DNA of 63,730 bases, filler included, from Lenisia limosa (lineage: Eukaryota > Protista > Breviatea), in assembly GCA_001655205.1 (NCBI GenBank). It is 13 parts of 13 records of this genome, joined end to end, with 100 filler letters (N's around TTAATTAATTAA, not from the genome) between each part and the next. Parts side by side here need not be neighbours in the genome. Positions count along the whole stretch, not along the records: positions 47,764 to 57,733 come from LPNZ01003372.1; positions 57,834 to 60,189 come from LPNZ01004581.1; positions 60,290 to 62,148 come from LPNZ01003682.1; 10 more parts are not named here. One strand, written 5' to 3'. The position numbers and the translations under genes are program-made. Below are positions 49,000-60,588 of the stretch, one piece after another. Numbering within the stretch: position 1 is the first letter of the stretch; each line of letters opens with the position of its first letter. The notes under the pieces were generated by a model. It searched no databases, was not told where the DNA came from, and was given only the letters and a program-made list of their open reading frames with translations.

Positions 49000-51900
49000 A
49001 TGCCCCGCAAGCCTCGGGCAAGGGGTAGGCTTTGAATGAATCTGGAAATAGTCATCCAATATAATATCATGAGATGAGAAACCTGGCCAAAACCTTCCAC
49101 ACTATAGTATAATCCTAGACACCATAATACAATCCTATATAAATGAGGGACTATTGTGGATTTGAAATGGTCGTAATTGGACAATTTACTTATTTGGTGA
49201 AATCGGGAAATTTGACTTTGTTGAAGCAACTTTTGGTATCGTAATCTACCCCGATATACAGTGACCGGGATAAGTCTTGACCGATATGCTCTATTATTTC
49301 CCTTGGAAAATCGGTCAAGACTTATTCTGGTCATTGTACACCCCAGACTAACGCAGTATAGTCGCATCCCAACCAGCTGTTCCGGCTGCGGTGCCTTCGG
49401 AGTCGGAAAGTGACTCGGATTGGGAGGACCAACCGACCAGGGCGCAGCGTAAGGGGGGATTAATTGGGCTGTTTAAGTCAAAGGGGGCGGAATTTTCGGC
49501 TTGTGTAATTGTAATCAAGTAGCATTAGGGCTTAGTTCGAAAAATACCAGCAAAATATCGATATTTTGGAGGATTTACGTTTTGAACCAATTTGAGTAAG
49601 TACAACCACTTCTGGGATGTAATATTTGTTTTAGTTTTATTTCTTATCTCTATTGTGTAATTAGATGAAATCACAAAACTGTTCATTTTGCAGTTGGGGC
49701 TAAGCCGAAGCGTCGTAATACAGAGCAATATCTGAAGGACAGGGCAAAACGTAATATTACGTTCTCCAAAAGACGCACAGGATTGATCAAGAAGGTCAGT
49801 GTTGTTAGTAGAGGGGGTGTAGTGTTTGATGTAAAGGGAATTGATTTATCTTTGATATTCAGTGATATTCAATGATGTTCATTGAGGACTTATTTTGGCT
49901 GTAGATGGATAGCGACTTTGGATATTGAAGGAGGGAGAGAGGCCTTTACATCATTCAATACAATATAAACCTGAATCCCTCTAAACACAACTCAATTCCT
50001 GTTTATGGCCTGACGTTAAAGGGGTATGAACTCGCCAAAATGACAGGGGTTCAGGTGGGTTGGTGTAATACACTTCTCTGTACCCCGGACGATTCCTGGT
50101 ATACTGTGGCTGGAGGGCCCCGGGGGTATTTCGGCAAGACTACACAAAACAGTTTGTTTTGTTAGGCTGCCTAAGAAAGACCATAGGGATTGACTGCTGG
50201 CGGGGTCTATTCCTAGTGGAGGTTCTGTCAGGGTACCCTGCTATTCTTGATTCAATAACTCAATCATAATTACAAATGATATGAATTACCTTTTGTACTG
50301 AATTAGTTTGACTTATTTAAAATTTCATGACTTTTGGACATATTCAATGTAAGTATTGATTTTCGTTCCTGCTATCATGGATCATTTTATAAGTCCTGAT
50401 TTTGTTACTCCAACTTGACAACAAACGTATTTCCCCATGACGTTCGGACTGATTGCAAATTTCATGAATTTTGTACTAATTTTATGTAGAATATTATTGA
50501 TTTCAGATCTCAACTATTTTGAATTCCTGATTTTATTACCCCAATCAAATAAAAGACTATTATATATTTATATTACTTAAGGACTTATTTCAAACATCAG
50601 ACATTTTGATTGATATCAAACAGGTACTAATTTTAGTGGCTACCCCTTCAGGAAATGTACATTGGCTCGCGTCAGATAATATGAGAGTGAGAGGGTGGGT
50701 TACTATGGAATTTTGGAATTCCTCAAGAAACTGATGCTATTAGGTGTAGTTTGGGGTGTATACGTTTCCAACTAAACGCTTAGACAATCTTGTTTTTATT
50801 ATCAAATATTAAGAGGCTGAACCCTCTGGTGTCCAAACTTAATGTCTCACCCTAGGTAATATTGATATATAATGCATACTCCTCGTAGTCTCACATAAAA
50901 TCCCCTTGTTCTCACCCCTACAGTATTTATGCAACAACATCGAATCAAGATACTCAATAGAAGCTTGTTTATGGTTGGTGGAGAGTAAATAATGGAACAT
51001 GTTTATACTGTGACTAAAGAAGATGGTTTATTTTGCTGGTAATTAACTGATTGTTGATGGGTAATAAGTAGGGTTTCACTTCGGTTCGAAAAAGTCCAGT
51101 GAAATATCGATAGTTTTCGACGATTTATCGAGAAATCTAGTCTTTTATCGAACCGAAGTGAAGCCCTAGATATAAGATATTTTATGGGCGGTAACATCTG
51201 TGTTTATGGTGGCGATAATAAGTTTGTGTTCAATAACCATATGAAATATTAGCGTTAGAGTTATTTTCTTTCTCCCAACAACCACCTTAATTCACCTTGA
51301 AAGACACTGACCAGGATAAGTTGACCGATTTTTTTTTCCTTGGGAAATCATCGAGCAAATCGGTCAAGACTAATCCCGGTCATTGTACTGCATTTCACTT
51401 AGCAGTGGCAAGCCGATTCCATTTCCGTCCATTCCCATGACCGTATCCTCAAAAACTGCTAGAAAATACTCCAGGGGGGTACAGACTACAGAAGATGGCG
51501 GTGAGATGTGGAGCATTGTGGGTGTACCACCAGGAGATTTGACGTGTATAATACTCTGGATATATACATCATATAGATTATATTTAGTTTATTTATCTCA
51601 TAACAGCAGAATTTGTCATCAAGAAGACTGACAAGTTATTGGCAGCAACATTACAGAAAATCGAGGAAGAGGAACCAATATTTACCCAGTTCTCCGGAAG
51701 GTCCAGTGTTAAGAAGAGTCGGGCCAAACCTCATGTTGATAGTCCAATTCCTGGAGTACAACAGCCGTCTGTATCTTCAGCTTCAATTAAAATTCCAAGG
51801 TGGGGGGTTGGCGGGATTTGGACATTGCATTCATATTCTTTAAGATAATTAAAGGCTGTGAATCTGAGTATTACGTATTCATTTCAAATTGGGTGTTTGG

Positions 51901-53986
51901 ATGCAATACTACAGAAAAGACTGGTCTGGGCTATGTTATTAAAAATTCTCGTATGTTTCTAGCCAGCAGTGCTGATTGTAGACTGTCAGATCTATATATA
52001 TTTATACCACGTTAACAAGCCTGTGCTTTGTTTGTTTTGTTGTTATCAACTTGTGTGTTGTCAGCCATCTGAGTTGATCTTGGGCTGTTAGATTCATGCA
52101 TACATTTAACACGTCAATTTTCTGTTTCATAAATGTAACATCTTTAACCCCCTCACAGCAGTATCAACCCCCCACCTGCCCCGTCTAAAGTTAGAACCGT
52201 TTCAGCCACAGATGTGAAGAGGGAATCTCGCCTTAGAAGCTCAAAAGTCCCGTTCACAATTAGTGAAGAGGGTATGCTGGGGCTGTAAACGTTTTGTTTT
52301 TTTGAAAATGTTATGAAAATATAGTAATTAATAAATATTCCTACTTGTTTCGCTTTCTGCGTCCTACATTAACTAAATTATGGGTGGCTCTGTAGGTGTT
52401 AGTAAGTTGAAGAAGTTTAGGCTTTGGGTTCACTTTGAACTTAATCAAGGATGGTTTAGTTGTAATAATAGTAAGCAGTCGATAGGTTCCCACAAAGTAG
52501 GAATGTCCATCACAATTACGCAATACGTGTTTCATTAGTTTATTCACAGTGAATGGGATTGAGTAGTAAATTACTGGATTTTGACGGTGTTGAATAAATA
52601 ATAAAAAAATACATTTTGGTTTTGCATCATGGTTTTAACCATATAGATGAGCGATCCTTATCCCCAGTATCCCAATATTTCCATCCGTTGTTGGTTGGGT
52701 TTTCTATCAGTGTGGAAATAGAAATAGTAATCTAGAATTTGAGAATGTACATTCTAGTTGAATATGATCACATTATACACAGAAAAATATCGAAACAGCA
52801 AAAATACTGCTTTTGTCTTTTTTACTGTTTGGACAGGAGAATGCGAGTTTTCTCTTTTGTATACACAAACACGAAAAGAAAGTCGATGAACTTAGGCTTC
52901 TTGTTGAAACTTATATTGAAGTCATGTTTTCAGAAATTTTCAAATATGCAAATACTTTACAACTGGTCGCAGTCCTTAAAGTCAAGTAACTCATTTTTTA
53001 TCAAGCAATATTAAATTTCCAATAAGTTGGGCTTCCCTACGTTCCGAAAAAGACCGTTTAAATATCGATATTTATCGAGGATTTATCGAAAAATTCAGTC
53101 TTTTTTTGGGGTTGTAGGGAAGTCTTATCAATGAGTGACCTTTCAGATCGAAAAGATCAGTTGCCCAAGTCACCCCTCCACCGTTGTCCTTTTCTCCTTC
53201 TTCCGCCCTTCCTCTCGACTCTCTTAGTATTGAAAATGTAACAGGTGGAATATAGTTTGGTATTTGTGTTATTTAATGAGAAAAGGAAGAGTACAACATT
53301 TACAATAACCATTTTTCTTTTGTACCATTCGTTGTAACCCCCGTTTCATATGGTTTTCAAACGATGCATATGGTTATCTCACGTTTCATATGGTTATCTT
53401 ACGATTCAGATGATATACATATGTATCATTATGGTACATAATTGATATACACAATGGGGTAGCATAACACGGATCTCACATATACTGTTATGATAATCAC
53501 TGACACACTATTTAATATGGATGAATAATATATTGGGCGCATTTATCGGTGAATAATTTATGGCGTTGTGAATGCGCCCATACTGTATTATTTGGATGGT
53601 GCTCTTACGATGTAGTGTCGGTCATCAAGCCCTGATATCCCGCCATCTTCTGAGTGTGTGGGGCTATGCCCATTATAATAAGCAGAATTGGATCAACGAC
53701 TGTTATTAATTAATAGTAGTTACCGTGTCATTGTCTTTATTTCTTTGTGGTGTAATTATATTTAAATTTTTTTTGTATAATTTGCCCATGTAATTAAAGT
53801 TCTATACTGACATGCTATGGACGACTTCAGTCAAATAATTCTGTTCTACATTTTGGCATTAATAATAATGCCTTACTTTGTTTATTTCTCTTCTCAAAAA
53901 TTCTGAAAATTCATTCCTTATATTTCAGTGACCACGAGGTTGCAGCCGCTTCAGCTCTGATGGGTCTCAGAAGCAGAGGAGTTTGA
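49000..53986 (+). CDS. SRF-type (type I) MADS-box transcription factor
   Basis: MPRKPRAR|VASQPAVP..SESESDSDWEDQPTRAQ|LGAKPKRRNTEQYLKDRAKRNITFSKRRTGLIKK|GYELAKMTGVQ|VLILVATPSGNVH. The low-complexity 3' exons ending DHEVAAASALMGLRSRGV* are less certain. Confidence 0.85.
49259..49336. mobile_element. Tc1/mariner-like MITE family B, intronic
   Basis: ta|cagtgaccgggataagtcttgaccgat...tcggtcaagacttattctggtcattg|ta. Confidence 0.88.
51069..51168. mobile_element. hAT-like MITE family A, full length
   Basis: tagggtttcacttcggttcgaaaa...tcgaaccgaagtgaagcccta; flanks gtaataag / gatataag (6/8). Confidence 0.92.
51305..51385. mobile_element. Tc1/mariner-like MITE family B
   Basis: cactgaccaggataagttgaccgat...atcggtcaagactaatcccggtcattg|ta. 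Confidence 0.82.
52017..52160 (+). mobile_element. Intron-shaped repeat family I copy ending at a MADS-gene acceptor
   Basis: aagcctgtgctttgtttgttttgttgttatcaacttgtgtgttgtcagccatctgagttgatcttgggc...gtttcataaat...tttaaccccctcacag. Confidence 0.75.
53027..53127. mobile_element. hAT-like MITE, subfamily A2 (TIR gggcttccctacg)
   Basis: ttgggcttccctacgttccgaaaaagacc...gtagggaagtctta; flanks ccaataag / tcaatgag (6/8). Confidence 0.85.
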
Positions 53987-54293
53987 GGGGATATTGCAAA
54001 TCTTCACCCTATATCTGCTTAAGATTTATATTTGTTCCATGACATCGCTTTCATGCGATAGTTTGCCTTGCGAAATTAACGTATTATAACACTGGCTTAG
54101 TATATTATTGACAAATAACCCGAGAAAAACAATCACAATTTCTTGATATACTGTGACCATATAGCAAATTGGTCGACTTATCTCTGTCATTGTATATTTA
54201 CATTCAATTGAGAAAGTCGTTTTCTTGCACAAGTGCCCACGGAGGGAGAAGCTTGTTGACTAAAGCCAGAACAAGTACCATTTGACTGGATTA

Positions 54294-55517
54294 GAAGCGA
54301 CGATCAACTGAGGAAATTGACCAACTATCCCGGGCGTCTCCTGCCCTTTTGAATGAAGCCGCTCTCCCCAGTCCCAATATACTGAAGCGTGGGGGGGGGG
54401 GGGNNNNNNNNNNNNNNNNNNNNNNNNNNNNNNNNNNNNNNNNNNNNNNNNNNNNNNNNNNNNNNNNNAGCGACTGGCAGGCTTTATTTTTTTCAGTAGG
54501 GCTTCACTTCGGTTCAAATAAACTAGAGGAAATATCGATAGTTTTCGAGGATTTATGGAGACATTCAGTCTTTTTTCGAACCGAAGTGCCTATAACATAA
54601 CATTTTCCCCCCTTTTTACGCTCTTATCACCACCATCTCTTCATCCATATTCAGAAGATGGCGAGATTCAACCTTCCATATCCGGCAAGCTGTCTATTTC
54701 TCCTGACCGCCCGGAAGAACCTTTGTATGACTCAATATCACTGCCAGGTGCGCTATGTAGAGTTGATATAGCTATATGTATAATAAGTTATCTGACCGAA
54801 GCAGTACACGTCATTTCTAAAAAGAAATACTCGATTATAGTTGTTCCGCCAGTATATTCTAACACCTTTATTGTGGGTACAATTAGCTTCGGTCACAAAA
54901 CTCTTTTCTGTCACTTCATTCTTCAATTACATCTGATTTTTAAATTATTTTCTATATTTACAACATCCAGTTCTTGAAGTGACTCCACCGAAAAGTATAA
55001 AAGCTACCCCCCTGAGGAAAGCCGCACTATCCTCGAAAGATGAGAGCAGAACCCAGGCACTTGGTGAGTATTTATTGTGGATGAGTCCATCAGAACTCTA
55101 TTAAGAACGGTTAATGATTGGGGGAATTAGAATTCTATGACCCCGTACAATTACTTTTTGAAAAATTGATGAGACAGAATTAATTATGTCCCACTCAAAT
55201 TGTTAAATTAATGTTTCAATTTGCATGGAGTCCTGGTTATACAATCCAAAATCCCCTGAACGACTCTGGGACATAGTTAAAGCCTATTGTTATCACATTT
55301 CCACACGACGTTGCATCGAATTGGGGTTGTCACCGTCATCATCACCATCATTATCATCACCACCACACCATTATTATCACCATCAATCAATCACCATCAA
55401 GGCAAAAGGAAAGCAGTAGTGCCTCGCCCCCCTTGTGTACCGGCTGACTTTGCGGGTCATTTCGTTCTGGGCGGTCACAACGCAGCACAGGAGCGCATTA
55501 AACTGTCAAAAGGTTAG
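54294..55517 (+). CDS. Unknown Ser/Pro-rich protein, several exons
   Basis: KRRSTEEIDQLSRASPALLNEAALPSPNILK|...EDGEIQPSISGKLSISPDRPEEPLYDSISLP|VLEVTPPKSIKATPLRKAALSSKDESRTQAL|...VPRPPCVPADFAGHFVLGGHNAAQERIKLSKG* with GT-AG boundaries. Confidence 0.45.
54497..54592. mobile_element. hAT-like MITE family A, intronic
   Basis: tagggcttcacttcggttcaaa...tttttcgaaccgaagtgccta. Confidence 0.88.
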
Positions 55518-57169
55518 ATCCGGGACCATCCATGCAGTATTGTTGCATTAGATTATTTAAAGTTGGATAAAATGGACAGGGTTTCCCAGGATTTGGGAAA
55601 AGGATTACATTTCTGTTTCATGTGTAGTATTCATATCATAACATTCTTTTTCATGACGTAGGGTATGACAGGCTTTTGTTTCTTACTAACTGAAAATCTC
55701 CAAAACAATATTCTCCAAGATTTCCATCTTTTCAGTTATTAACATTAAAGGAGAGTATCATTTGAAGTTGGATATTAACAGCGATGCAGAAAGTGACGAA
55801 ATCTGAGGGTGAAATGTTATGTTTAATGGTTTTGATTTTGAGTTTTTATGAAAAAATAGTCTGTTCTTAAGGGAGTAAGGGAATGCGGTATGGTGTCGCA
55901 TAAGCCGACCACACTTATCAGAGATATTGGACATTTGGACTATATATTATGATTAATCTACCCTTTCATACATAACAACTGTTCACACATCTGTACATAC
56001 GCATAGAAATGAGAATATTCTCTACATATTTCTTTCTTTGCCGATTTGGAGTCATAATGTCTATTGGGTAAAACAAAAGGGGGGGGGGGGCTCCGTGCAA
56101 TTAATTGAAAAATTAATTTCAAAGTTTCAAGTGGAACATACTGTAACGAGAACACTATTTCAGATAATACTGTAGTTTCAAATGTTGTCAACTATTTCTT
56201 CTATTTATTCAGTCTTTTAGGAAAGATTATAAAAGACTCTTCTAGAGTTAAAATATAGCTAAATAATTGGATAACACAAGGGTTTTCATCGAGATGAGAA
56301 GTAAAATCAGGTTGTATCCGACTGAAGCCGTCCACACCATCACGCTTACAAGAGATATTGGTTGTTACAATTAAATGCATGTGCATAACCTTATGATACA
56401 AATAGAAACAATTTTTACCAAAACCTTCATTCTCAAAACCTTACTGATGGATAACCTAATAAGATGAGAGGCGCCAAATGTTCATAAAAATACCATTTTT
56501 ATTATTTCGAAAAAAGTGCTCATCTGGGGTGACAGTTAAACAATAAAAAGGTGTCAAAATGGTATTGTGAACACAATAAAACATATTAAAATGGTCAAAG
56601 TTAAAATAGCAACCACCGCGTTTTCCCAAATATTTCACAAGCTCAAGCCTCCCACCTTTCCCTTTCCCCATAGAAAACGCCATGCTATCTGCGTGTGTTC
56701 TTCAATGAGGCCTAATGGAGGTTATGGGAATACGCATGACAAGTGGTAAAACGTCGTAATTATTGAATATTTATTAAAATGTTCGGTCTGTTTGGGACCA
56801 CAAGGAAGCCCCCGAATAACAATTCGCCAACCTCCCTCCTTGTCCGAAGTAGTTCACTTCGAGCTTCCGATTCCTTCATTCTGCATTGCTCCTCAGTCAT
56901 TGAATTTGGACAGTTGGAGGTACATGTGTAGAAGACACTGCCAGGCTGCAAGATGATTAGGTAGTAATTGGATTATTTTTGGGGTCGTGAAATGAATCAT
57001 TAATTTCAAAATTTGAAATGTGACATATTGCAATGAAAATTGTATTTCAGATGTTATAATTTCAATGTTTGTCAGCTAATTTCTTCAAAAAATTAATTAA
57101 ATGTTATGATACGATTTGGTTTTGAGATTTTGTGTTATCCGTATCCACAAGATCCACAAGATATATGAC

Positions 57170-57270
57170 TAGGGCTTCCCTACGGTCCAAAAAAGACCAT
57201 TTAAATATCGATATTTATCGAGGATTGATCGAGAAATTCAGTCTTTTTTTGGGATAGGAGGGAAACCCTT
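57170..57270. mobile_element. hAT-like MITE, subfamily A2
   Basis: tagggcttccctacggtccaaaaaagacc...ggagggaaaccctt; flanks tatatgac / gatatgac (7/8). Confidence 0.88.
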
Positions 57271-57880
57271 GATATGACCATATGGTGGGATTTCGAGTCG
57301 AAATGATTACGAAGAAACAAGCCTCCCTCAGAAAAACCCGCCACAAACGTTAGCAATACCCATAGACCCCCCCCCCCTGCAAACATTGGCAATACCAGTT
57401 GCCTGGGTGACCTGGTTACTGTCCTCAAATGAAAAGAAAACGCTCGTGTCAGTCTTGAGTGTTAATTACTGTTAGAAATACGTTTAAAGGACAAATGGGG
57501 GTACAAAAAGAATGATAAAAACAATGGTGGGGGAGGGGGTGCAAAAAGAAGAATAAAAAAAGAAAACAATGTGCGTTTGATACGAAAATGATCACAAAAA
57601 CGAAAAATAAGAGCTGCTCACGGGATTGGCAAAGATGAAGCATGTTTGGAAGCCGAAAATGCTGTTGGAGACGTGTGCAAACGGTCCTGGAATATTCGGG
57701 ACTAATGGGTGGGGTTTCGGGCCTGCAATTCTGNNNNNNNNNNNNNNNNNNNNNNNNNNNNNNNNNNNNNNNNNNNNTTAATTAATTAANNNNNNNNNNN
57801 NNNNNNNNNNNNNNNNNNNNNNNNNNNNNNNNNCCCTCCATTGCTTTATGAAACACAAACAACCCAAAATCAACTCTGAA

Positions 57881-57957
57881 CAATGACCGAGATAAGTATT
57901 GACCGATTTGCTTTGTGAATGCCCAAGGAAAATAGGTCAAGACTTTTCCAGTCACTA
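57881..57957. mobile_element. Tc1/mariner-like MITE family B, diverged
   Basis: caatgaccgagataagtattgaccgatttgctttgtgaatgcccaaggaaaataggtcaagacttttccagtcacta. Confidence 0.8.
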
Positions 57958-58091
57958 TACCTAAATAATAGAAATAAAAAGTGTCAATCCCCCCATTATT
58001 CCTTTGTGTATTTCTCAACAGTCTAGTAAACAGAGTTGATTCTGGGTTTTTTAGTTTCATAAATTTTCCATTTTTTTACCCCCCCCCCAAC

Positions 58092-59989
58092 GAGTAGCTC
58101 TATTCCTTCGGGCAGTTGGCGATAATCGGCCATCTAAGATCATTGGTAGTTCCACATTTTCGAGCGCGGTCATGGAAGAGATCAGATTGAACGTTTGGAA
58201 GACAAAACCGCTAAAAAAAGTGAATTGTTGGATATAAATAGTAATCAAACGGGGACCTAATTCTATCGCTGTGCGTTGGAATAAAATGTAAGAAAATGTA
58301 ATCGATATACTAGTGTTGTGTATGTATGGTATGATGATGCACCTGGTTGACATTTGTTAGACAAAACCGCTGAAAAATGATTCTTTGATTCAAAAAGGAA
58401 ATTGATGATGATAAAACGAACTTAATATACAGGTGAAATAGATTATGGTTAAAACAAACGAGTCAAAACAAAAGCCTACATTTTCCTTAGACGGATGTTG
58501 GCCAAAACTGAGTCCTTTGTGTGTGTGTTGATCGCTGGGGGGGGGGGNNNNNNNNNNNNNNNNNNNNNNNNNNNNNNNNNNNNNNNNNNNNNNNNNNNNN
58601 NNNNNNNNNNNNNNNNNNNNNNNTCAACTCTGATGACAACACACGAAACAATAAAAAATAATATGGATGGGTGGGTGGGGAGGTAAAGAAACCCATCAAT
58701 GATAGAGAACCGTCCCTCCTCATTTAGAGATATACAGTGATCGGGATAAGTCTTGAACGATTTGCTTTGTGATTTCCCAAGGAAAATAGGTCAAGGCTTA
58801 TCCCGGTCACTGTACATCGGTCTTTTATACTCCTCATCCCTATAAACGTATGCTTGTACTGATTTTATATGATTTAGTAAAATATTTATTAAGTAGATTT
58901 GTAATCGCCGCAACTCTCCAACGGAAGTATAACTTTTCATGTTGTGCAAGTTACCTTCTTGTTTCTTTTCTTAATTTCTCTATACAGAATGTAGATTTTT
59001 GCCTTGCCTATAATTAATATTTAACAGTCTTGTCCCTGATTAACCCATAAAGTCTAGCTACGATTACCCGCATCCTACTATGTCCGCAAATTGAGACGGA
59101 TCCCTTTGTCGGACGATCGATTGTACCTAAACAGCAGTAAAATAAAGACACTGAAAAAAGAGGGGTTAAAATAAAGATTGAAAAAAGAGAAGCTAAAAAG
59201 ACAAGAGAAAATTAAGCAGCCACATATACTAAAAAGCTGTCCTAAAGAACGTTAATCACATCTCTTAGACGAGACGAGATTTCACCCCTCTCTCATACCG
59301 ATAGAGGAGAGAAGAGTCGTTTTGCCTCCGCCACTTGTTCCAAAGATAATCACAAACTCCCCAGATCGGACGGTCAGGTCAACTCCCCTGTTGTTGTAAG
59401 GCATTGTGGAAGACATGGAAGGTACACTGTTGTTGTTAAGCATTGTGAGGGAGACGGGGTAGGAAGTAGACTGAAAACTAGGGCTTCACTTATGTTCGAA
59501 AAAGACCTGTAAATTATCGATAGTTTTCGAAGACTTATCGAGAAATTCGGTCTTTTTTTGAACCGAAGTGCTTAATGGAAACAAGAACCCGATGGAATGG
59601 GTTCGGAATTATGGAAGGGTGAAAGTGAAGCCAGTTCCCCTGGTAGTTTATTGGTAAATATATGGGGGGGGGGGGGGNNNNNNNNNNNNNNNNNNNNNNN
59701 NNNNNNNNNNNNNNNNNNNNNNNNNNNNNNNNNNNNNNNNNNNNNNNNNNNNNNNNNNNNNNGAAGGCAAATAGCTGTTTGTTAGGAATTATGGATGGTA
59801 CTCCCTATGTATTTATTTGTTTCCCTAGATTTCTAATATATGTTATTTCTCTTGTTTCAAAAAAATTGTTATCCCACCTCAATGCAGGTACTCCTTCTAC
59901 TCCAAGAAGGTATGTCTTATGAACGTTTTTTAGCACAATAATCTCCTCGCCTGGTTTGATTTCAATGTTGTCTCGCTGGAGAGTAATGA
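58092..59989 (-). CDS. LolD/MacB-like (ABCH-type) ABC ATP-binding protein, partial
   Basis: IIVLKNVHKTYLLGVEGVPALR|GVDLTVRSGEFVIIFGTSGGGKTTLLSSI|GTIDRPTKGSVSICGH|TINTHTKDSVLANIRLRKI|GFVFQTFNLISSMTALENVELPM contains the Walker A motif and Q-loop. Confidence 0.92.
58735..58812. mobile_element. Tc1/mariner-like MITE family B, intronic
   Basis: ta|cagtgatcgggataagtcttgaacgat...taggtcaaggcttatcccggtcactg|ta. Confidence 0.9.
59479..59574. mobile_element. hAT-like MITE family A, intronic
   Basis: tagggcttcacttatgttcgaaaaa...tttttgaaccgaagtg. Confidence 0.85.
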
Positions 59990-60037
59990 CTGAGAAAAAG
60001 AATTGTGAAAGTTTCATCTTTAGTTTATGTTAATATA

Positions 60038-60108
60038 TAGCAATGAGAAATAACAAATAAGGTAGTATCTGGCCGAAGCCGTCTACAGCGTCACGCTAGA
60101 GATAATAT
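60038..60108 (-). repeat. Intron-resident repeat family II (representative copy)
   Basis: tagcaatgagaaataacaaataaggtagtatctggccgaagccgtctacagcgtcacgct. Related copies at ~60356-60435, ~61618-61670 and ~56288-56372, and inverted at ~37175-37230. Confidence 0.7.
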
Positions 60109-60588
60109 ACCATGAGATAGATACTACATAATATCATATAATAAAATCATTAATGTTCTCTATAGTGAGTTTTACAATATGTAGAGATGNNNNNNNNNNN
60201 NNNNNNNNNNNNNNNNNNNNNNNNNNNNNNNNNTTAATTAATTAANNNNNNNNNNNNNNNNNNNNNNNNNNNNNNNNNNNNNNNNNNNNTGGTATTTGTC
60301 ATACACATATATGATATCATATAGCTATATATTATATATTATATCGATACATTTAGCAATGAGAAATAAAAAAAAAAACAATGTTGAAGGTCGAAGCAGT
60401 TCACACTATCATGCTTATAAGAGATATTGAATTACATAAACATGTCGGGTGGTTGATATCATATGCAATGTTGGGGAGCTACACAAATGAAGACAAATGA
60501 ATGAGTTTGATTGCATTTCTATAAAAGGAGAGTGGAGTTTCACATCTTTCAGAAGTTATATGTATCGAAAAGACAACCAAGGGCAAAC

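Noticed and set aside
335-59574. Palindromic ~100-bp repeats as a CRISPR array or bacterial REP elements
   Set aside because: They are dispersed rather than regularly spaced, lie in eukaryotic introns, and have TIRs and TSDs. No cas genes are present.
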